Below, one piece after another: positions 8,528-18,079 of a stretch of DNA of 64,000 nt. Under the pieces are notes generated by a model that searched no databases, had not been told where the DNA came from, and saw nothing but the letters and a program-made list of their open reading frames with translations. The stretch's first letter is position 1. Every line of letters begins with the position of its first letter. The translations under genes were made by a program, and so were the position numbers. Where the stretch lies: the IMG/VR virus record IMGVR_UViG_3300027782_000032, positions 126,372 to 190,371 of that record; one strand, given 5' to 3'. Source of the stretch: a virus.

Positions 8528-9211
8528 CTAAGCTGTTGGAACTAGCCATGCTTTGAAGTCTCCTAAATTAGCATTAACAACCTTCTCTGCTCTCTTAGGA
8601 AAAAGAGCTACATATCTTTTTAGTGTGAATGGGCACTTAGATATAACCGCCTCACCCAATGCAAATGGAGCTTTTAGAACATCTCTTGCGTATTCAAAAG
8701 ACCACTCCGCACTTGTAGCTATTGTAGCCTCGGCCCTAGGGAAAGGCGCTTTTAGTATATCCCTTGCGTAAAAATGAGAGTGCCTTGCATTATTAGATAT
8801 TTGAGCTTCCCCTAATGGGAAGGCCGACTCTAAAACGTCTTTTGCATACAAATAAGCATGAACTGCTTCGGTAGCTATAGCATCCTCTCCTTTTGGAAAA
8901 GGACCTTTTAAAACCTCTTGTGCATAACAACGAGAGTAATAAGGATCAGCGGCAATAGCAGCTTCGCCTTTTGGAAAAGAACCTCCTAAAACGTTCTTTG
9001 CGTAATAATAAGAATTATATCCACTAGAGGCTATGCAGTCCTCCACCGACGTAGCCCTGCCCTTTACAATTTCTTTTGCATACTTGTATGCTATGCTCGG
9101 GTCTTCAAAGATAAGTGAACGGGCAGCAGAAAGCTTGTCCCAATCTAGCCCTGCGGCTTTATCAGGTACAATAACTTCTTTAAGATATTTAAAACTCTCA
9201 TCTGTGGTCAT
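8528..9211 (-). CDS. helical-repeat protein with about 6 copies of a 25-aa unit
   Basis: Unit YAKxVLKGPFPKGExAIA; C-terminus LGDFKAWLVPTA. Confidence 0.75.
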   Translation of the reverse strand: MTTDESFKYLKEVIVPDKAAGLDWDKLSAARSLIFEDPSIAYKYAKEIVKGRATSVEDCIASSGYNSYYYAKNVLGGSFPKGEAAIAADPYYSRCYAQEVLKGPFPKGEDAIATEAVHAYLYAKDVLESAFPLGEAQISNNARHSHFYARDILKAPFPRAEATIATSAEWSFEYARDVLKAPFALGEAVISKCPFTLKRYVALFPKRAEKVVNANLGDFKAWLVPTA

Positions 9212-9228
9212 GTTGTTCTCCTTTAGAG

Positions 9229-9675
9229 TTACTCAATGTAATTAGCGTTCTTAAGTGCTGTCTCAAGAGATGAGCACAGTTCAGCCAAAGGCTCAGTCGG
9301 TTTCTTGCTATTTGGATTTGAAAAAGTAAATTCTATATTACTATCAGTAACTAACACGGATAGGTCTTTATATGATGCAAAATTAGATATAGTTGATTCA
9401 TCAAGCTTTATAACCTCTCCAAAGTCATCTCCGCCTACCAAGCTTCTAGCAGTTTGATAGTAGTCACTGTCTTTACTAGGATTGCAGCCTTCAGCATAGG
9501 CTACGTATGATTTTGGTCCTTCTAAATCAGCAGGGCTAGCATTGCTCATAATGTACACGCCGCTATCGTGCACTAATAGTACTGACGGAACAGAAAAACC
9601 GTCGTCTGGAGTGTTCTTTACAGCGTGAACTACACACCTTAACACTTCGCTAACTTTAAATTTACATACGCCCAT
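9229..9675 (-). CDS. DUF3085-like protein
   Basis: LLVHDSGVYIMSN, AYAEGCNP, GGDDFGE. Confidence 0.65.
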   Translation of the reverse strand: MGVCKFKVSEVLRCVVHAVKNTPDDGFSVPSVLLVHDSGVYIMSNASPADLEGPKSYVAYAEGCNPSKDSDYYQTARSLVGGDDFGEVIKLDESTISNFASYKDLSVLVTDSNIEFTFSNPNSKKPTEPLAELCSSLETALKNANYIE

Positions 9676-9698
9676 GGTTAGAGCCTTTCACGTTTGAG

Positions 9699-10181
9699 TT
9701 AAGTTTCCGAAACACATTCATCTCCCTTAAGGTTTAGGCCTACTCTCTTTAGCTCAGCACGAAGCTGCGCAAGAGAAATTACACCCATGTTTCTCCAATC
9801 AAGAATGTCCATAGCTGATAGCTGTACAAACTCCGAAAGAGTTTTGCCCTTAAACTCATGCAAAATAGATCTAACAGTTCTAGTATTAAGCTTTAACGTA
9901 GGAAATATTGGCTTGTTTAGAATATGGTCCTGACTAACTATTGACTTATAAGCCTCGTCGCTTTTATTAATTTGTAAATATTTATGATAAATGTCCTTTA
10001 CGCTTTCCAATACGTCAAAGCTGACACCTTGAGAGCAAGCAACTCTAGACGATGGACGTCTAACGTATCTAGTTCTCATCTCTACGCATCTAACCGAGCT
10101 TACACTTACAATATGGTCTACATTTATTAGTATAGACAGGTTGCTTAATGCCTCTGTAAGTTCTATTAAGTTACAGCTCAT
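9699..10181 (-). CDS. protein with C-terminal RNA polymerase alpha-CTD-like domain and FlbD-like N-terminus
   Basis: LKLNTRTVRSIL, KTLSEFVQLSAMDILDWRNMGVISLAQLRAELKRVGLNL match the RpoA CTD pattern; N-terminal LIELT..ILINVDHIVSV. Confidence 0.6.
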   Translation of the reverse strand: MSCNLIELTEALSNLSILINVDHIVSVSSVRCVEMRTRYVRRPSSRVACSQGVSFDVLESVKDIYHKYLQINKSDEAYKSIVSQDHILNKPIFPTLKLNTRTVRSILHEFKGKTLSEFVQLSAMDILDWRNMGVISLAQLRAELKRVGLNLKGDECVSET

Positions 10182-10196
10182 GTAATCTCCTTTTAA

Positions 10197-10529
10197 TTAA
10201 ATAAAAATGTCATCAAAAATACCATCAGGTCCTTCCATTGCTCTTATAGCGTTTGATTGGCTTGGGCTGATGTCGTCCTCGTATCTTTCGTTGTTATAGT
10301 CAGACCTACCCCCAAAGAACGATATGTTCTGATTTACAATCTTGCCTAGGTGTAGCTCGCGGTAGCATACAAGGCATAAAATGGGGTAACGAGCCGTTTC
10401 TAATACCCTGGCATAAGTTATACTGTATTTACAACACGAGCACTCTGCATTATTACTAGATCGAAGAGCAGGTCTAACATCCATCTTAAGCTGTTCAACT
10501 ACCGCTCTATCCTTTTGTTCGGCGGTCAT
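10197..10529 (-). CDS. hypothetical protein with CxxC pairs
   Basis: CSCC and CLVC, possible Zn ribbon. Confidence 0.55.
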   Translation of the reverse strand: MTAEQKDRAVVEQLKMDVRPALRSSNNAECSCCKYSITYARVLETARYPILCLVCYRELHLGKIVNQNISFFGGRSDYNNERYEDDISPSQSNAIRAMEGPDGIFDDIFI

Positions 10530-10816
10530 GGCTCATTCTCCCTTTTACTCTCGGCAACAATGTTTGCATTATTAATTGTCCTTTTCTTATCAATAGACTC
10601 GTATTTTTCTTCGTTATATTTTGACCAGAACTTTGATGACCTAGACTTTTCATATTTTGTTCTTGGTACCTTTAAGTAGCATGCGTGAATATGCAGCTCT
10701 TTCTTGTCTAAGCTCCAAAACCTCTCGTGTCTACAAAGGTCTTTGCTTGGATAATATAAAGCATCTTCACCGCACCTTTTACACTTTACGACAGTTATCT
10801 CTATCTTTTTTGCCAT
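10526..10816 (-). CDS. hypothetical basic protein, possible Zn ribbon
   Basis: CKRCG; GGAG RBS; ATGA overlap with next gene. Confidence 0.55.
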   Translation of the reverse strand: MAKKIEITVVKCKRCGEDALYYPSKDLCRHERFWSLDKKELHIHACYLKVPRTKYEKSRSSKFWSKYNEEKYESIDKKRTINNANIVAESKRENEP

Positions 10817-10840
10817 AGTCGTCTCCTTTTTAATTAAAAA

Positions 10841-10868
10841 ATGATCCCTAAAGCAATTTAGGGATCAT
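10841..10868 (-). terminator. intrinsic terminator
   Basis: ATGATCCCTAAA/TTTAGGGATCAT 12-bp stem, 4-nt loop, U-tract on the minus strand. Confidence 0.7.
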
Positions 10869-10891
10869 AGGTTATACAGCTTAGGCTAACA

Positions 10892-11431
10892 CTAACTTGG
10901 ATGGTCTTCCGCCTCAGCTATAGAATCGTCTTCATCGTCTTGGTCTTTATCATCACGTAGTTTAACTTGTTGCTCGCAGCAAGACTTGCATACCGTCTCC
11001 CCCTCTAATTCATCGTTTCCTATAGCATGAGGGGCATCATGGTCTATGCACTCTAAACATGTAGGCATGTCGCAGAAATAACATTCTTGGCCGTGGTCTG
11101 TACCAGTATTTGGTTGTGGCCAATGCATTTGCGGCAATGACTTGTTACATACGCAACATTGGTGAATATGTGATACATCATCAGCCCATTTTCTCTTTTC
11201 TTTTAAAGTTCTTTTGTTTTTTTCCATGGCATCCTCTTCCATGGCATCCTCTGCTAAAATCATGTCCTCCGCAGCTTGAGAACCTGACATTAGCATCTCC
11301 ATACGCCTATCCATCTTAAGTCTAGCGTTTCCTTCTTTTATAAGCATTTTCCTTACAGCCGCTGCACTATGTGGACCTAGTAGTTCAGCAGCTCTAATTG
11401 CAGCTTTATCTCTCTTATTCAACTCGTACAT
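10892..11431 (-). CDS. Cys-rich zinc-finger protein with acidic tail
   Basis: CCVC, CYFC, CLEC, CKSCC pairs. Confidence 0.6.
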   Translation of the reverse strand: MYELNKRDKAAIRAAELLGPHSAAAVRKMLIKEGNARLKMDRRMEMLMSGSQAAEDMILAEDAMEEDAMEKNKRTLKEKRKWADDVSHIHQCCVCNKSLPQMHWPQPNTGTDHGQECYFCDMPTCLECIDHDAPHAIGNDELEGETVCKSCCEQQVKLRDDKDQDDEDDSIAEAEDHPS

Positions 11432-11440
11432 ACCATCCTC

Positions 11441-14400
11441 CTAATGCTGGGCAAACCTCTCAGGTATGCCCATAACCTTACAATCCTCCTTGGTAAGCGG
11501 TATCGACCATTTGGTAAATACTTCAGTCGCTATGCCTAGATGAAAAGGACCGTTACTACCACTCCTCATCGTTCCGTCTAAGTTACAAGATCTAATCTCA
11601 ACCTTGTCACTCATACAGACCGGCAAGACAGTATCAACTACCCACTCTACACAAGCATAAGGAACCTCAAGGATCACGGCATCGTGAACCTGAAGTATTA
11701 TGTCGTAGGTCATGCCTAATGGTGCAGAGTTTCTGTAGCTGTATATGTGATCTAGTGCGCACGACATAGCATCAGCTACCGCGGATTGGATTGGAAAATT
11801 CATGCTTTGACGTTCATACTCAGCGACGACAAGCCTGTCTTCACTAGGAGAGAATCGCCTGTATCTTCCAAAAGCATTACTCATCCAACCTGGGTGCTTA
11901 ACTCTTGACTTGCACTCATTGAAGTACAAAGGAAGCTTAGGGTACATTGCAACTAACCCGTCTATAAGCTCTTGAGCTTCTCTTACCGATATTATGACAC
12001 CCTCTTGCTTTGCCTTTCTAGCTGTAGAGTCAGCCCCTTGACCATAGGCGTAACCAAATACCACAGCTTTAGCAGCTGTTCTAATGCCTGACTTACCTAT
12101 ATCCTTAAGGCCTTTCTTGGTAGCTGGGCAATTCAACTTGAATGTATTTACAGCCACATTACTATGGATGTCGTAGTGATCTGGGTGATCCTCTGGAAGG
12201 TTAGCTCTACGAACGTGATCTATCATGTTCTTATCACCAGACTGCCAAGCCATAATAGCAAGCTCTGCGCCAGTATAGTCAGCCTCTACCAGTACAGTTC
12301 CAGGCCTTGCACTTATCACAGACCTGAGAGGATACGTATAGTTCATTCCAAGGTCTTTACCATGCAGCTTGAATATACCCTTATACTTTTCTTCTATAGT
12401 CTTTCCAAGGTTCTGCATGTTTGGCCTAGATGACGAAGCGCGGCCTGTTTCTTTAGTCTGGCTAAACATAGATCTAACTCTGTCGTCAGCATTCATGTAT
12501 GAAAGAATGCCTTTGTCATAAACTATGTCACCTTCAGAATCAGTCTTCTCATTACCTGCGTCATCAAAGTCTGGGCCTCTAAGAACAGTAGTTCGTAAGT
12601 AATGAAGCGACCTTATATCTCTAAGCATAGCCACTACTGGATGCTTTTCTGCCAATATGGTAAGAGTCTCCTTGTCTACGGCAGCGGTATACATGTGCTC
12701 TTCCCTTTTGGTTATAAGGTCAGCCCACAGTTTACCTTTAGATCCTGTACCAGTACTCTTATAAGGTGTTAGAGAAAGAGTCATAGCATCGTCAGGTCTT
12801 TGCTTTATGAATCCTCCGTTTATGTCCCTCTTACCAGATAGCTCCTCACCAAAAAGAAGCTCTCTGTTATGAAATGTACTCGATGGGTTATAGTCAGGCC
12901 AATGTATGACAGCTCTTATCTTAACCATAAGGTTTTCATAAAGAAGGTTGTATGAGTCAGTAAGCTCCAACACCCTTGCTTTATCTATTAATATTCCCTT
13001 TTCATGCATCTCTATAAATGCAGGATAAGCTCTAGATGACAGCCAGAAGGCTGGCCTGCAGTTGTTACCATACTTATCAGCGTCAAGTTTACCCTTAACA
13101 CCACTATGCCCGTTGTAGTAGTCAAAGAGCCTTCTTGTAACATCTGCGTCATAACACCCATAAGGTATGATGACATCGTCAGGGCAGTCTCCGTATCCTT
13201 CAAGCTCTGAGTCTTTTATACCCTTAGCCCTACAGTGAGCCTTACGCCAGTCCAGAATAGGACCTTCCCATCTAGGCACTCCGCAGTACCTTACAGCCTG
13301 CTCCTCTAGATTAAAGTAGTCAGTCTCGTTTACAGAGTGAGCAGCTAAAAGCGTATCAAAACCACCAAAGTCTCTAGTCTTTTCGAAACCAAACTTATAG
13401 TCAGGCCCGTACATGCTTATAGGGTCGTCTTCTGGAGCCATGAACAAATTTGAAAGATCTACACCTATAGACTTAAGCCAAGGTAAGTCAGAGGTAAGGT
13501 AGTGACCTACAACTCTGACATGTCTTCCATCTTCTGGATAAAATATAGAGTTCAGTATAGAGCTTAGAGCGTCAGGACCTCCATCAAATACAAAGCCTCC
13601 TCCAGCTTCATTTACAATTATGCTGCAAGCTACTCCAGACTTCCAAGACAGCTGTACTGTTCTAACGTAAGAGTTCTTATCTCCAGGCCATGCACCATTC
13701 CACTCAAGGTCAACTGCTACTACTGGTACAGGATCTTTAAGTATCTCGTCTCTAACCTTTACAAGCTCTTCGCTAGTTCTAACAGCAAAGTGATTTATAT
13801 TAGCTTCTTTAGACAAGAACTCTACGTCATTGCATAACGCAGAGAAGTGATTCAAAGAAGCTTCAAACCTATCACTATGCTCAGGGTATCTAAGTACATA
13901 AGCTGGGTTAACGCAGGTTATAGCCTTTGCTATGTGGAAAGATCCATCAGGCAAAGGAATGTTAACTTCAAACACCTTACCAGTAGATGTATGTAAGCGT
14001 TTGTCTCTACCAAGGACAGCCTTAATAGCCTCGTCACCAAGTAGAAGCATGAAGTCAGGTTTAACCAATGCCATTTCTATCTTTAGCAATGGAGCACAGT
14101 TGTGTATCCAATTTGCTTTAAGAGCATTGCTAGCAGGATCAAGCAAAGTATGTTTTACAGAACAAGTCATATAGAAGTCAGATTCAGATAACCCAGGTAT
14201 TCCTGAAAGGTGTTTATACAGCTGACTTTTTCTTGTTCCTGAAAGTATTCTTCCAGCAGCCTCGTCTTGACTTGAAGCACACTTACCAACCACCATGCAT
14301 TTAAACTTCCTAAAAGGACCAGGCCTGCAGTTGTCCATCCAACCGCTACCAGGAACCATGTTTACACTTAATATGTTTCCGTTAAACATGACTGGAAGGC

Positions 14401-14647
14401 TAAAGTTTTGGCAGTATAAAGCCCTGAAGTAAAGAAAGTCACAATAGAAGTCTACTGCTTCAGGATACTCAGGGCCAGCTAGCTTGTCAGCGCACTGATA
14501 AAAGTCAGGACCTGGCTTTGCTACTATGTGCTTATTCTTAGAAGGAAATATAAAAGGGTAATTTATTAAAGGACCTGTCCCCTCTTGTAGTAAAAGAAAG
14601 TTTCTATAAGTGCATATACTTTTAAAGTCTTTTATTAAATCAATCAT
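11441..14647 (-). CDS. polA: family A DNA polymerase with N-terminal uracil-DNA-glycosylase-like domain and 3'-5' exonuclease
   Basis: Exo motifs VAVDLEW, FDTLLAAH, YGCYDAD; TGRASSSRPNMQN; motif A EADYTGAEL, motif B RTAAKAVVFGYAYG, motif C LQVHDAVILEV; N-terminal CMVVGKCAS, YMTCSVKH, KPDFMLLLG, NPAYVLR resemble family-4 UDG. Confidence 0.95.
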   Translation of the reverse strand: MIDLIKDFKSICTYRNFLLLQEGTGPLINYPFIFPSKNKHIVAKPGPDFYQCADKLAGPEYPEAVDFYCDFLYFRALYCQNFSLPVMFNGNILSVNMVPGSGWMDNCRPGPFRKFKCMVVGKCASSQDEAAGRILSGTRKSQLYKHLSGIPGLSESDFYMTCSVKHTLLDPASNALKANWIHNCAPLLKIEMALVKPDFMLLLGDEAIKAVLGRDKRLHTSTGKVFEVNIPLPDGSFHIAKAITCVNPAYVLRYPEHSDRFEASLNHFSALCNDVEFLSKEANINHFAVRTSEELVKVRDEILKDPVPVVAVDLEWNGAWPGDKNSYVRTVQLSWKSGVACSIIVNEAGGGFVFDGGPDALSSILNSIFYPEDGRHVRVVGHYLTSDLPWLKSIGVDLSNLFMAPEDDPISMYGPDYKFGFEKTRDFGGFDTLLAAHSVNETDYFNLEEQAVRYCGVPRWEGPILDWRKAHCRAKGIKDSELEGYGDCPDDVIIPYGCYDADVTRRLFDYYNGHSGVKGKLDADKYGNNCRPAFWLSSRAYPAFIEMHEKGILIDKARVLELTDSYNLLYENLMVKIRAVIHWPDYNPSSTFHNRELLFGEELSGKRDINGGFIKQRPDDAMTLSLTPYKSTGTGSKGKLWADLITKREEHMYTAAVDKETLTILAEKHPVVAMLRDIRSLHYLRTTVLRGPDFDDAGNEKTDSEGDIVYDKGILSYMNADDRVRSMFSQTKETGRASSSRPNMQNLGKTIEEKYKGIFKLHGKDLGMNYTYPLRSVISARPGTVLVEADYTGAELAIMAWQSGDKNMIDHVRRANLPEDHPDHYDIHSNVAVNTFKLNCPATKKGLKDIGKSGIRTAAKAVVFGYAYGQGADSTARKAKQEGVIISVREAQELIDGLVAMYPKLPLYFNECKSRVKHPGWMSNAFGRYRRFSPSEDRLVVAEYERQSMNFPIQSAVADAMSCALDHIYSYRNSAPLGMTYDIILQVHDAVILEVPYACVEWVVDTVLPVCMSDKVEIRSCNLDGTMRSGSNGPFHLGIATEVFTKWSIPLTKEDCKVMGIPERFAQH

Positions 14648-15698
14648 TAGGCCACTCCTTTGATGCTTCTGGCATCGACTCTCCTATGTCTTGAAACTGA
14701 GATTGGAGACGTCTCCACAACTCCATCTTTAAAGCGCCTGGGTCTTCATGCTTATCCATCTTAACTTTTATGATCTTAGACCTTGGAGCAGCCTGCTGAA
14801 GCTTGTCAACTAAAGACTCAGCCTTGTAAGCCACGTCTCCGTCTAAAGCTATAGCTATGGGCTTACCATTAAAGTTCTGTCCGATTAAAGCAAGCTGACC
14901 AGCACTACAGTCACTGCCGAATATAGCTACACCTGCCGGACCTATTGACCAAACATCTATTGGACCCTCACACACTACTATCATTGGTTGTAGCTTCGCA
15001 TTGTCTATGTTGTAAAGAAGCATGGACTTCTTCATTCCAACTGGGTTTATATATTTTTGTTTCTTCTTCAATGGGTCGTCATAAATTATTCTTGCCTGAT
15101 AACCCATTAACTTTGAACCTTGAAATATGGGTATGTAAAGTCTTTCTCTAAGGGTTGGAATAGCCATGTCGTCTATCCAGCCTACACCTAGATACTTATC
15201 AAGAACGGCTGGGTTATATCCCCTAGACTCAACATACTTTATGGCTTCGTGATCCTTGCTAAGAGACGATAGGCTTGTAAGTCTTTCTGGAGGTCTGCAT
15301 TCAGTAAGAGCTATCAATGCCTCAGAAGACATAGGCTTATCAACTACTGAAAGAGTTATCTTAGAAGACGTATTGAACAACCACATGTGAAGTTGATCTA
15401 AGTTAAGCTTACCTAGCTCGCCTCTAGTGCATGCTGTCTCGTTAAAGCAGTTTGCCATGTGTCTGTACTCAAACCATCTGTGGTTTATGTACAACCTATG
15501 TCTTGTCTCTTTACAAAAAGGACAGCAGACCCTGTAATATTCTCCATTTACTATAGAGGTAGGCCTCTCTCCATTAGATGAGGGGCGCATCACCATGCCG
15601 ACCCCTCTATTATTAACATAGACCTGACCAAACAACTTCTTAAGCTTAAAGTATAGTTCAGGGCACAACACGTCATCATAACTAGTCGAAGTGCTCAT
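14640..15698 (-). CDS. dnaG: DnaG-like TOPRIM DNA primase
   Basis: Zn finger CPFC..HRLYIN; IVVCEGPIDV; IAIALDGD. Confidence 0.85.
   Translation of the reverse strand: MSTSTSYDDVLCPELYFKLKKLFGQVYVNNRGVGMVMRPSSNGERPTSIVNGEYYRVCCPFCKETRHRLYINHRWFEYRHMANCFNETACTRGELGKLNLDQLHMWLFNTSSKITLSVVDKPMSSEALIALTECRPPERLTSLSSLSKDHEAIKYVESRGYNPAVLDKYLGVGWIDDMAIPTLRERLYIPIFQGSKLMGYQARIIYDDPLKKKQKYINPVGMKKSMLLYNIDNAKLQPMIVVCEGPIDVWSIGPAGVAIFGSDCSAGQLALIGQNFNGKPIAIALDGDVAYKAESLVDKLQQAAPRSKIIKVKMDKHEDPGALKMELWRRLQSQFQDIGESMPEASKEWPND
14704..14717. repeat. dispersed palindrome TGGAGACGTCTCCA, copy 1 (inside primase gene)
   Basis: Perfect 14-bp palindrome; read as W-R-R-L. Confidence 0.95.
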
Positions 15699-15709
15699 AA
15701 CTTTCCTTT

Positions 15710-17368
15710 CTAGGAATCCCTGTCAGAGTAATCATCGGAAGCTGCTTTGTAACTTCGGCTTGTTGGTACATCCATAGAGCTGCCTGAGAACGATGCTCTT
15801 ATAAAACCTGCTTGCTCATCTATGACCCATTCGTTGTTTAAAGAGTAAGTGCACGAATCAGCTTCAAACTTTATGACTGCACAATTCTTAGAAGTATGTT
15901 CATCCTCCCTATACTTAGTAGCGTCAAGCCTTTGACATCCGCTGTTTAAGTCCTTCTGCCCAAGGCAAAACATCCTATGGCAGTTTTCAGCAAAGTCCTT
16001 ACATTCGCTAGCCATGGAGTGATGAAGCGGCTTATGAGCTTTAATACTATTAGCTTCTCCACTAAGCTGATGAAGAAGCCAAACGCAGCAGTTATAGCTA
16101 AGACCTATATTGACTGATACGTCTTCAGCTAGCTTTCTTATGTAGTGACGCATGTTCTCAACTTTTATACCCTTAGCCGATATGTGCCTGTCAACGATAA
16201 GCTTAACGTAATCGACAACCATCAAAGCTATCTCAACGTTCTTAAAGTTAACTAGCTTGTCAACCTGGGCTGTAAGCTCAGAAGTGTAGCCATGCCCGAG
16301 CTTAGTACCTCCGGAGCCGCTCATGTCAAGAAGTTGAACATACGTGTTAACTAATGACTTTGTATCCCTGAACCTATCTGACTCTGAAATCCTAAGAACT
16401 TCTTCTATAACTCCTGAGTATCTCTTTAGCTCGTAATCTTTAAGGTTGCCGCTAGTTGAAAGAAGAGCTCCATTAATAACGTGGGCCTTAATAGTATTTA
16501 ATGGAGTTTTAGACACAGTTGCAGCAAGCCTAAGTCTTATAGAGTCTATGTTACCTTCGTAATTAGCATAAACGCCTACTTTACGCTTATACGGCCTTCC
16601 TTCGGCTAAACATAGAATCTCTCTAGCTCGCTCAGTAAAGCAATGGTTGGCTATAATGTTTATACCCATCCAAGTCTTACCTGCGCCTGTACCAGCAAGA
16701 AGACCGTAAATGTCTCCAGCTGCAACCCCTCCTGTCATAAACTTGTCAAAGTAAGGTAGACCCATTGGAGCTCCTATAGCTATGTTAGGTTTCCAAACGT
16801 CTGGAATAGACTCACACATTGCTGATGAGCCAGCTCCTTTAAAGTTGTTGTATATTTTGCTAAAATGACCTAACAAGATAGAAGGGTCTTTAGACACTGA
16901 TTGAACAGATGATGTCTTACTAAAGTGACTGTACAGCTTATCGTGTACGCCTCTCTCGGTTAAAAACCTTTGAATAACTTCTCTACATATATGACGGTTA
17001 GCCTCTACGTTGTCTTTAGGAACTAAGAAAGCCTCGTCTATTATTTGAAACACAGACTGCTTAAGTTGAGCTGCCTCATGAGTGCCTCCCCTGAGCTCGT
17101 CATCATCGATAGTTATAGTTTTGAATATTTCAGCTGTAAGCGACAGGTCTTTGTAAACCGTCTTCATGTAAAGCTTAATACTATTAACGATAACTCTGTA
17201 AGCTCTTTCATCGTGACTAAAGTATCCTGTGTTAAAATACTCTAGCGACTCAAGTATTAGCAGACGGTCCGCTATAAGATGCTTTACCATGAAGTCTACT
17301 GTAGTTGAATCAAGCCTGTAGACCGTCTCTATAGTAGTATCTACTAAACTTTCAGATTTATCATGCAT
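15710..17368 (-). CDS. dnaB: DnaB-like (SF4) replicative helicase
   Basis: GDIYGLLAGTGAGKT, LMVVDYVKLI, VWLLHQL; adjacent to primase. Confidence 0.8.
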   Translation of the reverse strand: MHDKSESLVDTTIETVYRLDSTTVDFMVKHLIADRLLILESLEYFNTGYFSHDERAYRVIVNSIKLYMKTVYKDLSLTAEIFKTITIDDDELRGGTHEAAQLKQSVFQIIDEAFLVPKDNVEANRHICREVIQRFLTERGVHDKLYSHFSKTSSVQSVSKDPSILLGHFSKIYNNFKGAGSSAMCESIPDVWKPNIAIGAPMGLPYFDKFMTGGVAAGDIYGLLAGTGAGKTWMGINIIANHCFTERAREILCLAEGRPYKRKVGVYANYEGNIDSIRLRLAATVSKTPLNTIKAHVINGALLSTSGNLKDYELKRYSGVIEEVLRISESDRFRDTKSLVNTYVQLLDMSGSGGTKLGHGYTSELTAQVDKLVNFKNVEIALMVVDYVKLIVDRHISAKGIKVENMRHYIRKLAEDVSVNIGLSYNCCVWLLHQLSGEANSIKAHKPLHHSMASECKDFAENCHRMFCLGQKDLNSGCQRLDATKYREDEHTSKNCAVIKFEADSCTYSLNNEWVIDEQAGFIRASFSGSSMDVPTSRSYKAASDDYSDRDS

Positions 17369-17380
17369 ATGACCTCCGTG

Positions 17381-18079
17381 TTACAACACTATGCTTTTGG
17401 TATTAATTAGAAGCTTGGACCTTTCCTGATTTAAAGCTGATAGAGCTTTATCTGCAAAAGATTTATGTATAATGTCAGGTATAACAGTTTCATAAACATC
17501 AACTCTCATCAAATAGTCTTTAATGGCTGTGCTTATCATGTTAGGCGGTATGTCTGCTGACTCATTCATAAACATAATAGAGTTTACTTTGAAGAAACAA
17601 GACACGTCGCTACTCACTATGACATCCAAGAAAGAACGTTCGTTCTTTATAAGGTGCATTGAGTTTACAAGGTTAACCTCAACAACCTTTCTATAAGACA
17701 TTATTAAATTGTGAGTCTCTTGTCTTTCAGCTTCTCTGCTAGAGTTGGTTATCGACACTGCCCTTTCTGTGTAACATGCACTAGCTGCAGGTGGTCCTCC
17801 CATAGACGTGTCAAACTGAGTTCTTATTAGTTCTAGCAGTGTTACTTTGTTATCAATCGAGCATTTAGCTATTAAAGGCCAGACAGGCTTGTAGTCCTTG
17901 CCGTACTTATGAAGTATAGCTTCCCCTGGCCTTGGTCTTAAAACAGAAGTTCCATCGTAATTGGGTATTACTCTGGAACCGTAGTTGGACACTACCCCCT
18001 TAGTCTTAAGGAGGTAGTCGCGCATAAACATGCAATAAATACGTCTTGCTTCAAGAGCTAAGGTTCCAATAGACTCCAT
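17381..18079 (-). CDS. hypothetical protein in the replication block
   Basis: 232-aa ORF coupled to neighbour by TAATG. Confidence 0.65.
   Translation of the reverse strand: MESIGTLALEARRIYCMFMRDYLLKTKGVVSNYGSRVIPNYDGTSVLRPRPGEAILHKYGKDYKPVWPLIAKCSIDNKVTLLELIRTQFDTSMGGPPAASACYTERAVSITNSSREAERQETHNLIMSYRKVVEVNLVNSMHLIKNERSFLDVIVSSDVSCFFKVNSIMFMNESADIPPNMISTAIKDYLMRVDVYETVIPDIIHKSFADKALSALNQERSKLLINTKSIVL

Noticed and set aside
11441-14647. Intein or intron in the DNA polymerase (or in helicases and terminase)
   Set aside because: Motifs are contiguous; the extra length is explained by the UDG-like domain; no C..HN intein ends or LAGLIDADG motifs were seen.
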